From the NCBI GenBank assembly GCA_965204375.1, contig OZ241986.1, positions 5,760,001-5,824,000 on the forward strand: a DNA stretch of 64,000 bases, written 5' to 3'. The notes below the pieces were generated by a model. The model saw only the letters and a program-made list of their open reading frames with translations, was not told the origin of the DNA and made no database searches. Position numbers and translations under genes: made by a program. The stretch comes from Candidatus Latescibacterota bacterium (GTDB lineage Bacteria > Latescibacterota > UBA2968). Position 1 is the first letter of the stretch. Each line of letters opens with the position of its first letter. This document shows, piece after piece, positions 1-8,564 of this stretch.

Positions 1-1
1 G

Positions 2-316
2 CGTGCTGCCGAAGATGGTTTTGATGAGATGGTTGCGCGCGCCAAAGCGCTATCTTACGAGTTTCCCTATGTGGTCGATCCCGCATCCCAGGTCGCCCGC
101 GCATTTGGTGCCAGCCGCACGCCCGAAGTTTTTCTTTTTAATGACAAAGGCAAGCTGGCGTATCACGGCGCGATTGACGATAATGCTTCGGATGCCAATG
201 CCGTGGAAGCGGCTTATCTTAAAGACGCACTGGACGCATTGTTGGCAGGAGAAGCGATTTCAATATCCGAGACCAAAGCTCTCGGTTGTAGCATTAAGTT
301 CAACGAAGACTCGTAG
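2..316 (+). CDS. Thioredoxin/peroxiredoxin-like (redoxin) protein, 5'-partial
   Basis: Frame open from the window edge; FGASRTPEVFLF..LAYHGAIDD...YL..ALDALLAG....T.ALGCSIK is the typical C-terminal half of PRX-like redoxins. Confidence 0.8.
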   Translation, partial: RAAEDGFDEMVARAKALSYEFPYVVDPASQVARAFGASRTPEVFLFNDKGKLAYHGAIDDNASDANAVEAAYLKDALDALLAGEAISISETKALGCSIKFNEDS

Positions 317-333
317 GGAAGGAGGATGAAAAG

Positions 334-576
334 ATGAGTGTGTCATCCGCTTACAGAGAAATCATTGATTTTATTGCAGAGGGGATAACCCCCGAAGATT
401 TGGTAGCTTTTCATCCATCTAAAACCGCCAAAAAGCAAGTCGCAGATCTGGTCTATCGCGAGAAAACAACAGGACTTACTGCAGAAGAGACGGCTGAACT
501 CAATCATTATTTGGAACTTGAGCATCTGATGCGTCTTGCTAAGGCTCGTACTCGCCACTATTTGAAAGATGAGTAA
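334..576 (+). CDS. Small helical protein upstream of HNH nuclease (putative antitoxin-like partner)
   Basis: 80 aa, RBS GGAGGA, overlaps the HNH gene by 8 bp; LT.EE..EL..Y..LE..MRLAKAR pattern. Confidence 0.65.
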   Translation: MSVSSAYREIIDFIAEGITPEDLVAFHPSKTAKKQVADLVYREKTTGLTAEETAELNHYLELEHLMRLAKARTRHYLKDE

Positions 577-1012
577 AACCTATATCAGCGTTGCCTTGCG
601 ACAACTTGTGATAACACGCGCCAGGGGGCTGTGTGAGTACTGCCTGATTCACGAAGATGATGCCTATTTTGGATGCGAAATTGATCACATCATTAGTGTG
701 AAACATGGCGGACCAACAGAAGATAGCAATTTGGCCTATGCGTGTTTGTTCTGCAATCGCAACAAGGGTAGTGACATTGGGTCTATAGTGAGACAAACGG
801 GGCAATTTTATCGTTTTTTTAATCCTCGTATTGATCATTGGGCAGACCATTTCGCTTTGAACGGTGTGAGAATTGATACTCTTACAGAAATAGGCGAAGT
901 GACTGCTCGTATTTTGGATTTTAATCATATAGACCGTTTAATTGAGCGTCAGGAATTGGAGACATTTGGCTATTATCCTCCTCCTGACGCTCTTGTATTA
1001 ATTTCAAGGTAG
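569..1012 (+). CDS. HNH endonuclease
   Basis: CEYC...EIDHIIS.KHGG....NLAYAC..CN.NKG zinc-finger HNH signature, followed by FNPR..W..HF. Confidence 0.9.
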   Translation: MSKTYISVALRQLVITRARGLCEYCLIHEDDAYFGCEIDHIISVKHGGPTEDSNLAYACLFCNRNKGSDIGSIVRQTGQFYRFFNPRIDHWADHFALNGVRIDTLTEIGEVTARILDFNHIDRLIERQELETFGYYPPPDALVLISR

Positions 1013-1089
1013 CATATCAGACCGCTCGAGTTGTATCGTTTACCCAGAACTAAAAAAAAGTCGTGTGTGTTTTGAAAGGAGTTCTCATT

Positions 1090-2295
1090 ATGACCATGCC
1101 GATCACCCCATCTCTTAGCGAGCAACAGATTGCGGATTACCACGAGGATGGTTATTTGATTATTCGCAATGTGTTATCTGCGAATGAAGCGAATGACCTT
1201 CGGCGCGTCGTGCAAGAAAAGGTCAAACGTGGTGCGTACCCACCAAAGCTTTCGTATCCCGAGCCGGCGAAGTACACGGTGAGTGGCAACAGGCTCGCAG
1301 AACCGGGACTTACTTCGATTTCCGAGCATCCGACGGTTATTGGTGCGGTAGAGTCCGCGCTGGGGCAACCCGCGCATTTGACGGCTTTTGTGGCGTATTT
1401 GCGAACGCCGGGTGATAAGGGGGGCGGTGCTCACTGCGATTACAAACGGTGGCGCCCCGTGGGTTCGTCGATGAACTGGGTGTTTGCCATTATTCCGCTG
1501 ACTGATTTCGATCCTGTGTATGGCCCCTTTCTGGTGTCGCCGAAATCGCACAAACTGACGCGGGTAATCGACGAGGAGGCGCATATTTTAGATCTCACGC
1601 GGCCCGATAGGAGTCAATTGCCGGATTTTATCGATCCAGAGCTTAAAGCGGGAGATTTGCTGATTGTCAATGAGCATGTCTGGCATGAAGCACCTGCGGG
1701 TACGAGTACAGAAGACCGGTGTGGTATTTTTAATAAGTATTGTGCGGTAAACGCACCGCCTGCCGCGGGATATTATCCGTACAATCCCGCCGCTTTTGAG
1801 GCTTTGAGCGACGATGGAAAACGGCTTATTCCCGTGTGTTTTGACAGACCGATTGAGACGACACGTCTGCTTATCGAGTGTCCTAATGGTGGAGAACCGA
1901 GGTTCTTGCTGCGACGCGATGCTGAGACGGAGCGCTGGGAGTTGCCGGGAGGCGAGGGTTGGGAAGAGGAGGATCTGGTCGGTTGGGATGTCGGCGCGCG
2001 TGTCGGCTCTTTGCAAGAACTTACCAGGACGCAACTCGGGTTGGAGGTGCCGTGGATGTCCTACATTGAGGATGTCGAAGAGGAAGATGGTATTTGCCGC
2101 GTTTATGGCTTTTCGGATGAGAATATAGATGTCGATGCGCTGTCAAATGGACACTGCGACTGGTTCACCAGAGCACAGATACGACATCTCGGCGAGGGTG
2201 ATGCGATTAGTCGCACTGTTGAGCTATGGCAGCGACCAGATATTATCCGCGGCAAGGGCAAGGCGTGTAATCAGAGTAAAAAACAGTTTGAATGA
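1090..2295 (+). CDS. PhyH-family Fe(II)/2-oxoglutarate dioxygenase with C-terminal Nudix-like domain
   Basis: Y.EDGYL start, HCD (HxD) motif, PKSH, distal WHEA; C-terminal FLLR...WELPGG resembles a degenerate Nudix fold; ATG 1090 follows AAGGAG. Confidence 0.75.
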   Translation: MTMPITPSLSEQQIADYHEDGYLIIRNVLSANEANDLRRVVQEKVKRGAYPPKLSYPEPAKYTVSGNRLAEPGLTSISEHPTVIGAVESALGQPAHLTAFVAYLRTPGDKGGGAHCDYKRWRPVGSSMNWVFAIIPLTDFDPVYGPFLVSPKSHKLTRVIDEEAHILDLTRPDRSQLPDFIDPELKAGDLLIVNEHVWHEAPAGTSTEDRCGIFNKYCAVNAPPAAGYYPYNPAAFEALSDDGKRLIPVCFDRPIETTRLLIECPNGGEPRFLLRRDAETERWELPGGEGWEEEDLVGWDVGARVGSLQELTRTQLGLEVPWMSYIEDVEEEDGICRVYGFSDENIDVDALSNGHCDWFTRAQIRHLGEGDAISRTVELWQRPDIIRGKGKACNQSKKQFE

Positions 2296-2364
2296 GTTGG
2301 ATATAAAAGAAAACGGGCAGGAATGAAACGCTACGGGCAGGATACATTTGAGGAGGTTTTACCC

Positions 2365-2580
2365 ATGAAAAAGAAACAGATTATTTCGCGGAACCCAAAT
2401 GTGATGAGTGGTGCCTTAGTTTTTGCTGGCACCCGCGTCCCGGTTGAGATTTTGATCCAGCATCTGACAGCAGGAGATTCACTCAACAAGTTTCTTGATG
2501 ACTTTCCAACAGTCTCCCGTGAGCAAGCTGTGGCGTACTTGAAAATGACGCTCGAGGTCGCTGATGCGCGTGCTGCTTGA
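2365..2580 (+). CDS. DUF433-family antitoxin
   Basis: I.RNP.VMSG..VF.GTRVPV..L...L.AG.S...FL.DFP.V..EQ; RBS GAGGAGG. Confidence 0.9.
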   Translation: MKKKQIISRNPNVMSGALVFAGTRVPVEILIQHLTAGDSLNKFLDDFPTVSREQAVAYLKMTLEVADARAA

Positions 2581-2593
2581 TGAAAAATTATAA
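2564..2593 (+). pseudogene. Truncated PIN-like (DUF5615-type) toxin, only MRVLLDEKL left
   Basis: ATG CGC GTG CTG CTT GAT GAA AAA TTA TAA overlaps the DUF433 3' end; MRVLLDE is the usual start of DUF433 partner toxins. Confidence 0.65.
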
Positions 2594-3859
2594 CTATTCT
2601 TTTTTAAACACAACGACGCGATTGGTGTTTGTCCCTTTTTTAAGATTATCGACGCCCCAGACATTGGCGGTTTTGGTGAATTTTTGGTCGTTGATTAAGA
2701 CGAGCAATGGCGTTAGTCCCGCTTCGATGCCGCACGGGATAACCGCTTCTTCAAGTTTTATTTTGCCGTGTCTGACTTCACCGACTTCAAAGGCGATGTG
2801 TCCGCCGGGTTTCAAAACGCGCTCTAATTCCACAAAGACCTTTGTCATTTCGCGTTGCCACTGCTCGACTTTTCTCGCCATGGTGATGGGAACATCCTCG
2901 GGGTCTATCCCGCAAAACCAGCATCGCAACCAATTATCCTGTGCGTAGTTGACGACATCGAGAAACGGCGGAGAGGTTACGACAAGGGAGACGGAGTTGG
3001 ACGCGATTTCGGGAATGCTATCTGAGGGTTGTGTGAGGAACTTTGCCTGGGGAAAGATGCCTATCAGGGTGTGCCGAGTTTGATCATCGCAGTGTTTCAA
3101 AAGGTCATGCGTTTTTTTGAGGATGAGATTTTTGACATCTCGCAATGGCGGTGCTTGATTTCTCTTCTGGTTAATTTTTTTTTGTGAATCAACAGAGACA
3201 GCCTGATTGGGGGGCAGGGTATAAACAGAGAAAAACCCCGATGAGTGTCCCGTCAATCTACTCAGTGCGACCAGGCGAATCCATTGATCGACTTGATCAG
3301 ATCCTCCATTTTGTTCTTTTTCTTTAAGATATTTTTTCAGCGAACAAATCTGTTTCAAGGTTTCTGGGTGATAAAAGACCAGTAATTCTTCCGGATATTC
3401 ATCTACATCTTCGAGTTCTATACGCGATAGTCTGTTGGCGACTTGATCTACAGTGGGTGGATTCAGGCGGGGAAGCGTCATAATGGAACTCAACGGATTA
3501 ATATCGCATCCCATGGGAACGCGCCCCAAAAGAGCAGATTCGATAAGTGTTGTACCTCGTCCAGCAAAGGGGTCATAGACCGCGTCGCCCGGTAAGGTCA
3601 ACCGTTCGATAAAGAATCTGGGGAGTTGGGGCTTGAAGCATGCCCGGTATGATATTTCGTGGAGCGCGTTGGCCGCTCTTTGTTTTGAGGTCCAAAATTC
3701 GTTTACGTAAGTTTCAATGCGAATCCGCTCGCATTTAGTGGTGGCTTCCGTAGAAGTCACAATTGTATTTTTGCCAAATGTGCTAAAGTCCGCCAGTTCC
3801 CGTTTGAGGCAGTCAGATGTAGAGGATTCTATCACTAATGTCAGTTGTTTCGCAGTCAT
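2594..3859 (-). CDS. Orphan amino (N4-cytosine/N6-adenine) DNA methyltransferase
   Basis: Motif I DPFAGRGTT precedes motif IV TSPPF; RVLKPGG; start uncertain (3859-3934). Confidence 0.85.
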   Translation of the reverse strand: MTAKQLTLVIESSTSDCLKRELADFSTFGKNTIVTSTEATTKCERIRIETYVNEFWTSKQRAANALHEISYRACFKPQLPRFFIERLTLPGDAVYDPFAGRGTTLIESALLGRVPMGCDINPLSSIMTLPRLNPPTVDQVANRLSRIELEDVDEYPEELLVFYHPETLKQICSLKKYLKEKEQNGGSDQVDQWIRLVALSRLTGHSSGFFSVYTLPPNQAVSVDSQKKINQKRNQAPPLRDVKNLILKKTHDLLKHCDDQTRHTLIGIFPQAKFLTQPSDSIPEIASNSVSLVVTSPPFLDVVNYAQDNWLRCWFCGIDPEDVPITMARKVEQWQREMTKVFVELERVLKPGGHIAFEVGEVRHGKIKLEEAVIPCGIEAGLTPLLVLINDQKFTKTANVWGVDNLKKGTNTNRVVVFKKE

Positions 3860-3954
3860 ATATGGATTCTTTATAGAAAAGTTCATATTTATAGACACAA
3901 AATTGCCCGGTGTCAAGGAGGAGGGATATTCCATTCGGTGAATGGAAGCGGGTC

Positions 3955-5940
3955 ATGAAAATAAAAAAAGAAATATGCCGAGATCTCGATCAGGCGATAG
4001 GGCGGGAGTGGCTTGAGACCAATGGCCTGGGGGGATTTGCGTGTTCGACTATTATTGGGATGAACACGCGGCGGTACCACGGCTTGCTCATTCCCGCACA
4101 AGATGAGTCGCACGGTCGGTTTGTGGCACTGTCCAAATTTGAAGAGACGCTTATCGTGCCCGGCGCAGGGTCTTTTGAACTGAGCAGTAATTGCTACGCT
4201 GGCGTGATTCACCCGAACGGTTATACCCATCTCGAACATGTCCGCCTGGATCCTTTTCCCATCTTTACCTATTGTACTGACGATTTGTGTTTTGAAAAGC
4301 AAATTTTTATGGTCTATGGTCAAAATACCACTGTGATTTCTTACGGTCCTTTTGATCGTTCCGTTATGCTCGCGCTGCGTCCGCTCGCGGCTTTCCGAGA
4401 TTACCATCACCTGATGCGCCAGAATCATTCGCTCAATGGCGATGTCGATATTTGCGATGGTTTGATGAGTTTTCAGCCCTATTCGGAATACCCGCCTTTG
4501 CATATCGCGCACAATGGAGAATTTCAGTCGCGTGGCGATTGGTATTACAATTTTGAATATGCCGTTGAAGCCTATCGCGGTCTGGACAATCGGGAAGACC
4601 TGTATTGTCCCGGAGAATTTACCTTTGATCTCGAAGCGGGCGAATCCGCGCATTTGCTCGTCAGCCTTGAACGCGGTACTTGTGATGAGGTGAATGCGCT
4701 TCGGCAGGCTGAGGTAGATCGCAGAAATAAAATTGTTCAATCAGTTTCCAAATGCACTGGTCTCAGTTTGAGTGCGGATGCGTTTCTCGTTAGACGCAGC
4801 GACGCACGCGCTACTATTATCGCGGGTTATCCCTGGTTTACGGATTGGGGGCGCGATACGATGATTGCGCTGCCAGGTCTGTCGCTGGTGACCGGACGAT
4901 TTGAGGAAGCCCGCGATATTCTCGCTGCGTATGCACATTTTTGCGACAAGGGGGTAATTCCAAACCGTTTTCCCGATTGCGGTGATATACCTGAGTACAA
5001 TAGCGTGGATGCAACCCTGTGGTACGTCTATGCGGTGGATCGCTTTCTGGCGTACACAGATGATTATGCGTTTATGCGCGAAAATCTCTGGCGAGTGCTC
5101 CAGGAGATCATTCACTATTTTGTTCGGGGAACGCGCTATAATATTCATCTGGATTGCGATGGGTTGCTCTATGCCGGGGAACCCGGTGTGCAACTGACAT
5201 GGATGGATGCTAAGGTAGGAGATTGGGTCGTTACTCCGCGGCAGGGCAAACCCGTTGAGGTCAATGCGCTGTGGTACAATGCGCTGTGTGTGATGCGGAA
5301 TCTGGCTGACAGATATGGCAAATCCGATCTCAGTGTCGAATACGCTGGCCTTGCGGAAAAAACAGCCGCGAGTTTCGCGGAGGCATTTTGGAACCCCAGT
5401 GCTGGATGTCTGTACGATTGTCTGACCGATACGGTGTCCGATGCGGCAATTCGTCCGAATCAGATTTTTGCCCTCAGCCTGCCGCATCGCATGCTCGATG
5501 CCGTGCGTGAACGCAGTATTCTCAATGTGGTCGAACGCGAGTTGTTCACGCCTTATGGTTTGCGAAGTCTATCGCCGTCCGACGCGGCATACAGGGGCAC
5601 TTATGGCGGCGACCCATGTAGTCGCGATGGCGCGTATCATCAGGGGACGGTTTGGGCATGGCTTATGGGGCCGTTCATTACTTCATGGGTTCGCATTCAT
5701 GGCAAGGAGGCAGGTGTTCGTGCTAATGCAAGACGTATGTTGCGCCCTTTGTTGCGGCATGTTGAAGCGTCAGGCCTGGGACATATTTCTGAAATTTTCG
5801 ATGGCGACCCGCCCCATGCATCTCGCGGTTGCTTTGCCCAGGCTTGGAGTACTGCGGAAGTTTTGCGTGCTTTTGTGGAAGATGTGCTGGATCAGGGACC
5901 TGAAAAAAATCCGCAGATGGACGCAGATGGACGCGGATGA
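3955..5940 (+). CDS. Glycogen debranching enzyme (amylo-alpha-1,6-glucosidase family)
   Basis: EWLETNGLGG, TRRYHGLL, IAGYPWFTDWGRDTMIA, LTWMDAK, TPRQGKPVEVNALWYNAL, YHQGTVW, QAWS. Confidence 0.93.
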   Translation: MKIKKEICRDLDQAIGREWLETNGLGGFACSTIIGMNTRRYHGLLIPAQDESHGRFVALSKFEETLIVPGAGSFELSSNCYAGVIHPNGYTHLEHVRLDPFPIFTYCTDDLCFEKQIFMVYGQNTTVISYGPFDRSVMLALRPLAAFRDYHHLMRQNHSLNGDVDICDGLMSFQPYSEYPPLHIAHNGEFQSRGDWYYNFEYAVEAYRGLDNREDLYCPGEFTFDLEAGESAHLLVSLERGTCDEVNALRQAEVDRRNKIVQSVSKCTGLSLSADAFLVRRSDARATIIAGYPWFTDWGRDTMIALPGLSLVTGRFEEARDILAAYAHFCDKGVIPNRFPDCGDIPEYNSVDATLWYVYAVDRFLAYTDDYAFMRENLWRVLQEIIHYFVRGTRYNIHLDCDGLLYAGEPGVQLTWMDAKVGDWVVTPRQGKPVEVNALWYNALCVMRNLADRYGKSDLSVEYAGLAEKTAASFAEAFWNPSAGCLYDCLTDTVSDAAIRPNQIFALSLPHRMLDAVRERSILNVVERELFTPYGLRSLSPSDAAYRGTYGGDPCSRDGAYHQGTVWAWLMGPFITSWVRIHGKEAGVRANARRMLRPLLRHVEASGLGHISEIFDGDPPHASRGCFAQAWSTAEVLRAFVEDVLDQGPEKNPQMDADGRG

Positions 5941-5967
5941 ACTGTGCTGGATCAGGGACCTGAAAAA
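5883..5967 (+). repeat. 25-bp direct repeat flanking a 35-bp insert of 10-mer repeats
   Basis: TGTGCTGGATCAGGGACCTGAAAAA at 5883-5907 and 5943-5967; between them AAAT-CCGCAGATGG-ACGCAGATGG-ACGCGGATGA-AC. Confidence 0.9.
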
Positions 5968-5984
5968 TGAAATAGAGGGGATAT

Positions 5985-7589
5985 ATGAATGAGATAGATC
6001 AAAATGGTCGTGAGCCAGTTGTGACAAAGTGGGGACGCATTGAGATCGATTTCGAGAGTGATAAAGATTACGGAAATCCCATTCAAGAAGCGGCATTGCA
6101 GGTGGTGTTTACATCGCCTTTTGGATCGGTCTATAATGTGATGGGATTCTGGGATGGTGGGCGGCAATGGCGCGTGCGGTTTTGCCCAGATGAAGAGGGC
6201 GAGTGGTCGTATGCGACGTTTTTTTCAGATGCGGAAAACACGGGATTGCACAATCGCGAGGGGCGTTTTACGTGCGGGCCATCGCAGACGAGCAGTGAAT
6301 TTGATGTTCACGGCCCGATTGCGCTGTCCGCAAACAGGCGGCATTTTGTTTATGCGGATGAGAAACCGTTTTTCTATATGGCAGATACAGCGTGGAACGG
6401 GTGTTTGCGGTCAACGCGGGATGAATGGCGCTATTATCTCAGCGAGCGCGTGCGACAGGGATTTAATACCGTGCAATGGGTGGCTACGCAGTGGCGTGCG
6501 GCTCCAGATGGCGATGTCGAGGGCAACCGGGCGTTTTCCGGTGTGGAGAAGATCGCAATAAATCCGGCTTTTTTTCAGCGGTTGGATGACTGGGTGGAGA
6601 TGACTTTTCAGGCGGGCCTGGTCAATGCGCCCGTGATGTTGTGGGCACTGGGAGGGCGCAATCATCCGGAAAAGAGTCCGGGCGTCTCGTTGTCAGAGGA
6701 CCAGATGATTCTGCTGGCTGAATATATGGTCGCGCGATGGGCGTGTTATCCCGTGGTGTGGATTCTGGGTGGGGATGGCAATTACGATGGTGAGAATGCT
6801 GAGCGATGGCAGCGCGTTGGTCGCGCGGTTTTCGGGAAAGGTCCACACGCACCTGTGGCGATGCACAGTTCGGGGCGGCGATTTCCGACTGATGAATTTC
6901 GGTCTGAAAATTGGCTTGATGTGGTGGGTTATCAAAGCGGCCACGGCGACAGCGACGAGACTTTGCAGTGGATTGTGAGGGGTCCGCCTTCGGAAGATTG
7001 GAAAAAGACACCGCGCCAATTTTATATTAACATGGAGCCTTCTTATGAAAATCATGTGGCCTATCATTCAAAGCGGCCACACGATGCAGCGTCGGTGAGG
7101 AGAGTGCTGTACTGGAGCCTGCTCAACGCGCCAACCGCTGGCGTGACTTATGGGGGACACGGCGTGTGGGGGTGGGACGATGGCAGCGGGCCGCCTGTTG
7201 ACCATCCCTATACGGGAACGCCCCTGCCTTGGCATGACGCGCTGATGATGGATGGGGCAGAGCAAGTGCGGCATCTCGTCAATGCATTCGATTCTATCGG
7301 GTGGTGGAATTTGCGCCCGGCGCCAGAGTTGTTGGGCGCGCAGCCCGGCGAGCGAGATGTACACAAACACATTTTGATTTCTAAATCTGTGGCAAATGAT
7401 CTCGTGGTTGCCTATACACCACAGGGTGAGGCGGTGGAGGTGATGGTGGCGGGTTTGGCACCACATCTGCGGGGTATCTGGTACAATCCGCGCGATGGAG
7501 ATGTCGATGCAGCAGAAGTGCGCGAGGTCAATGGCAGGCGCGTTTACGAAGCACCGGGAGAAGGCGATTGGCTTCTGGTTTTGGCATGA
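5985..7589 (+). CDS. DUF5060-DUF4038 glycoside hydrolase (apiosidase-like) with C-terminal beta domain
   Basis: GFWDGG..WRVRF.P...G.W; PFFY.ADTAW; QGFN.VQ; YQSGH; EP.YE; G.TYG.HGVW; W.NPR.G...DW.LVL. Confidence 0.8.
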   Translation: MNEIDQNGREPVVTKWGRIEIDFESDKDYGNPIQEAALQVVFTSPFGSVYNVMGFWDGGRQWRVRFCPDEEGEWSYATFFSDAENTGLHNREGRFTCGPSQTSSEFDVHGPIALSANRRHFVYADEKPFFYMADTAWNGCLRSTRDEWRYYLSERVRQGFNTVQWVATQWRAAPDGDVEGNRAFSGVEKIAINPAFFQRLDDWVEMTFQAGLVNAPVMLWALGGRNHPEKSPGVSLSEDQMILLAEYMVARWACYPVVWILGGDGNYDGENAERWQRVGRAVFGKGPHAPVAMHSSGRRFPTDEFRSENWLDVVGYQSGHGDSDETLQWIVRGPPSEDWKKTPRQFYINMEPSYENHVAYHSKRPHDAASVRRVLYWSLLNAPTAGVTYGGHGVWGWDDGSGPPVDHPYTGTPLPWHDALMMDGAEQVRHLVNAFDSIGWWNLRPAPELLGAQPGERDVHKHILISKSVANDLVVAYTPQGEAVEVMVAGLAPHLRGIWYNPRDGDVDAAEVREVNGRRVYEAPGEGDWLLVLA

Positions 7590-7598
7590 GGAGATGAT

Positions 7599-8438
7599 AT
7601 GGATCACACTTTTGAACAGAATTGCACGGTGTCTTATAAGGTTCTCAGTCCCAATACCCGCGGATCAGATCACCATTACGAAATAGATGTCTGTGCATCG
7701 GCAGAGGAGTTGCGGCAATTTGACCGGGAAGGGTATCTGGTGCGCGAGGGATTGTTTGCGGGCGAGGACTTGAAAGCATTGCAAGACGCGCTGGATCGGT
7801 TGGAGGATCGGGAATCGGGTGCGTTTCGAGATACTGGAAAGCGGTCTTGGGGGCGTATCCCGCGGCATTTGATGGACAAGGATCCGGTGTTTTTGGATTT
7901 GTTGAAGTTTTCTCCTGTACTATCAGTGGCGCGGGCGATGATGGGGCCACTGGTCAGGCTTCGGGGATTGAGCGCGCGGATCAGTTATCCGGCTGAAACG
8001 CCTCATCAGACCCCATGGCACCAGCATTTGCGCGTGGTTTCCAATCCTTTGCCGCCGTGGTTTTCCAGACCACATGGGATAGATGCTCTGATTTATCTGG
8101 ATGATTTGAATGAGGATACGGGGGCTGTGGGAATTGTGCCGGGGTCGCACAATTGGTTGGATAGAGCACCGCCTCCCGATACTTATGAGCCGGTTGAGGG
8201 CGAGCTTGTGGTCCGCGTGAAGGCCGGGGGCGGCGTGTTGATTCACAGCAATCTCTGGCATCGCGGATTGCCGACGTTGAGAACAAAGCGCAGGATGTTG
8301 ATTTTGAGTTATACGCCCACCTGGTTGCGCCGATCACCCCACGGGGGACCGCCACCCGGCGACGGGTTGACGCAGGCGATTTTAGAAGGCGATGACGAGG
8401 AGGCGCGTATTTTGTTGGGTAAAGGTGGATATACTTAG
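7599..8438 (+). CDS. PhyH-family dioxygenase
   Basis: FDREGYLV, WHQH, IYLDDL, VPGSH, H..LWHRG. Confidence 0.8.
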   Translation: MDHTFEQNCTVSYKVLSPNTRGSDHHYEIDVCASAEELRQFDREGYLVREGLFAGEDLKALQDALDRLEDRESGAFRDTGKRSWGRIPRHLMDKDPVFLDLLKFSPVLSVARAMMGPLVRLRGLSARISYPAETPHQTPWHQHLRVVSNPLPPWFSRPHGIDALIYLDDLNEDTGAVGIVPGSHNWLDRAPPPDTYEPVEGELVVRVKAGGGVLIHSNLWHRGLPTLRTKRRMLILSYTPTWLRRSPHGGPPPGDGLTQAILEGDDEEARILLGKGGYT

Positions 8439-8545
8439 AAGTGTGAAGTGTGAAGGTTGAAGTGTGAAGAAGCATCCGCTCTGGGGGTGTGTTGGGCGGA
8501 CTTCTAACTTCTAACTTCTAACTTCTAACTTCTAACTTCTTACTT
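8438..8545. repeat. Heptamer arrays (GAAGTGT)n and (ACTTCTA)n flanking a hairpin
   Basis: 4 GAAGTGT-type units 8438-8465, GC stem CCGC..GCGG, 5 perfect ACTTCTA plus 2 partial units 8500-8545. Confidence 0.9.
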
Positions 8546-8564
8546 GTTTCTAAAGGAGTGATAT

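Noticed and set aside
569-3859. HNH + methyltransferase as a type II R-M system
   Set aside because: They are separated by unrelated genes and on opposite strands, and the HNH has its own upstream partner
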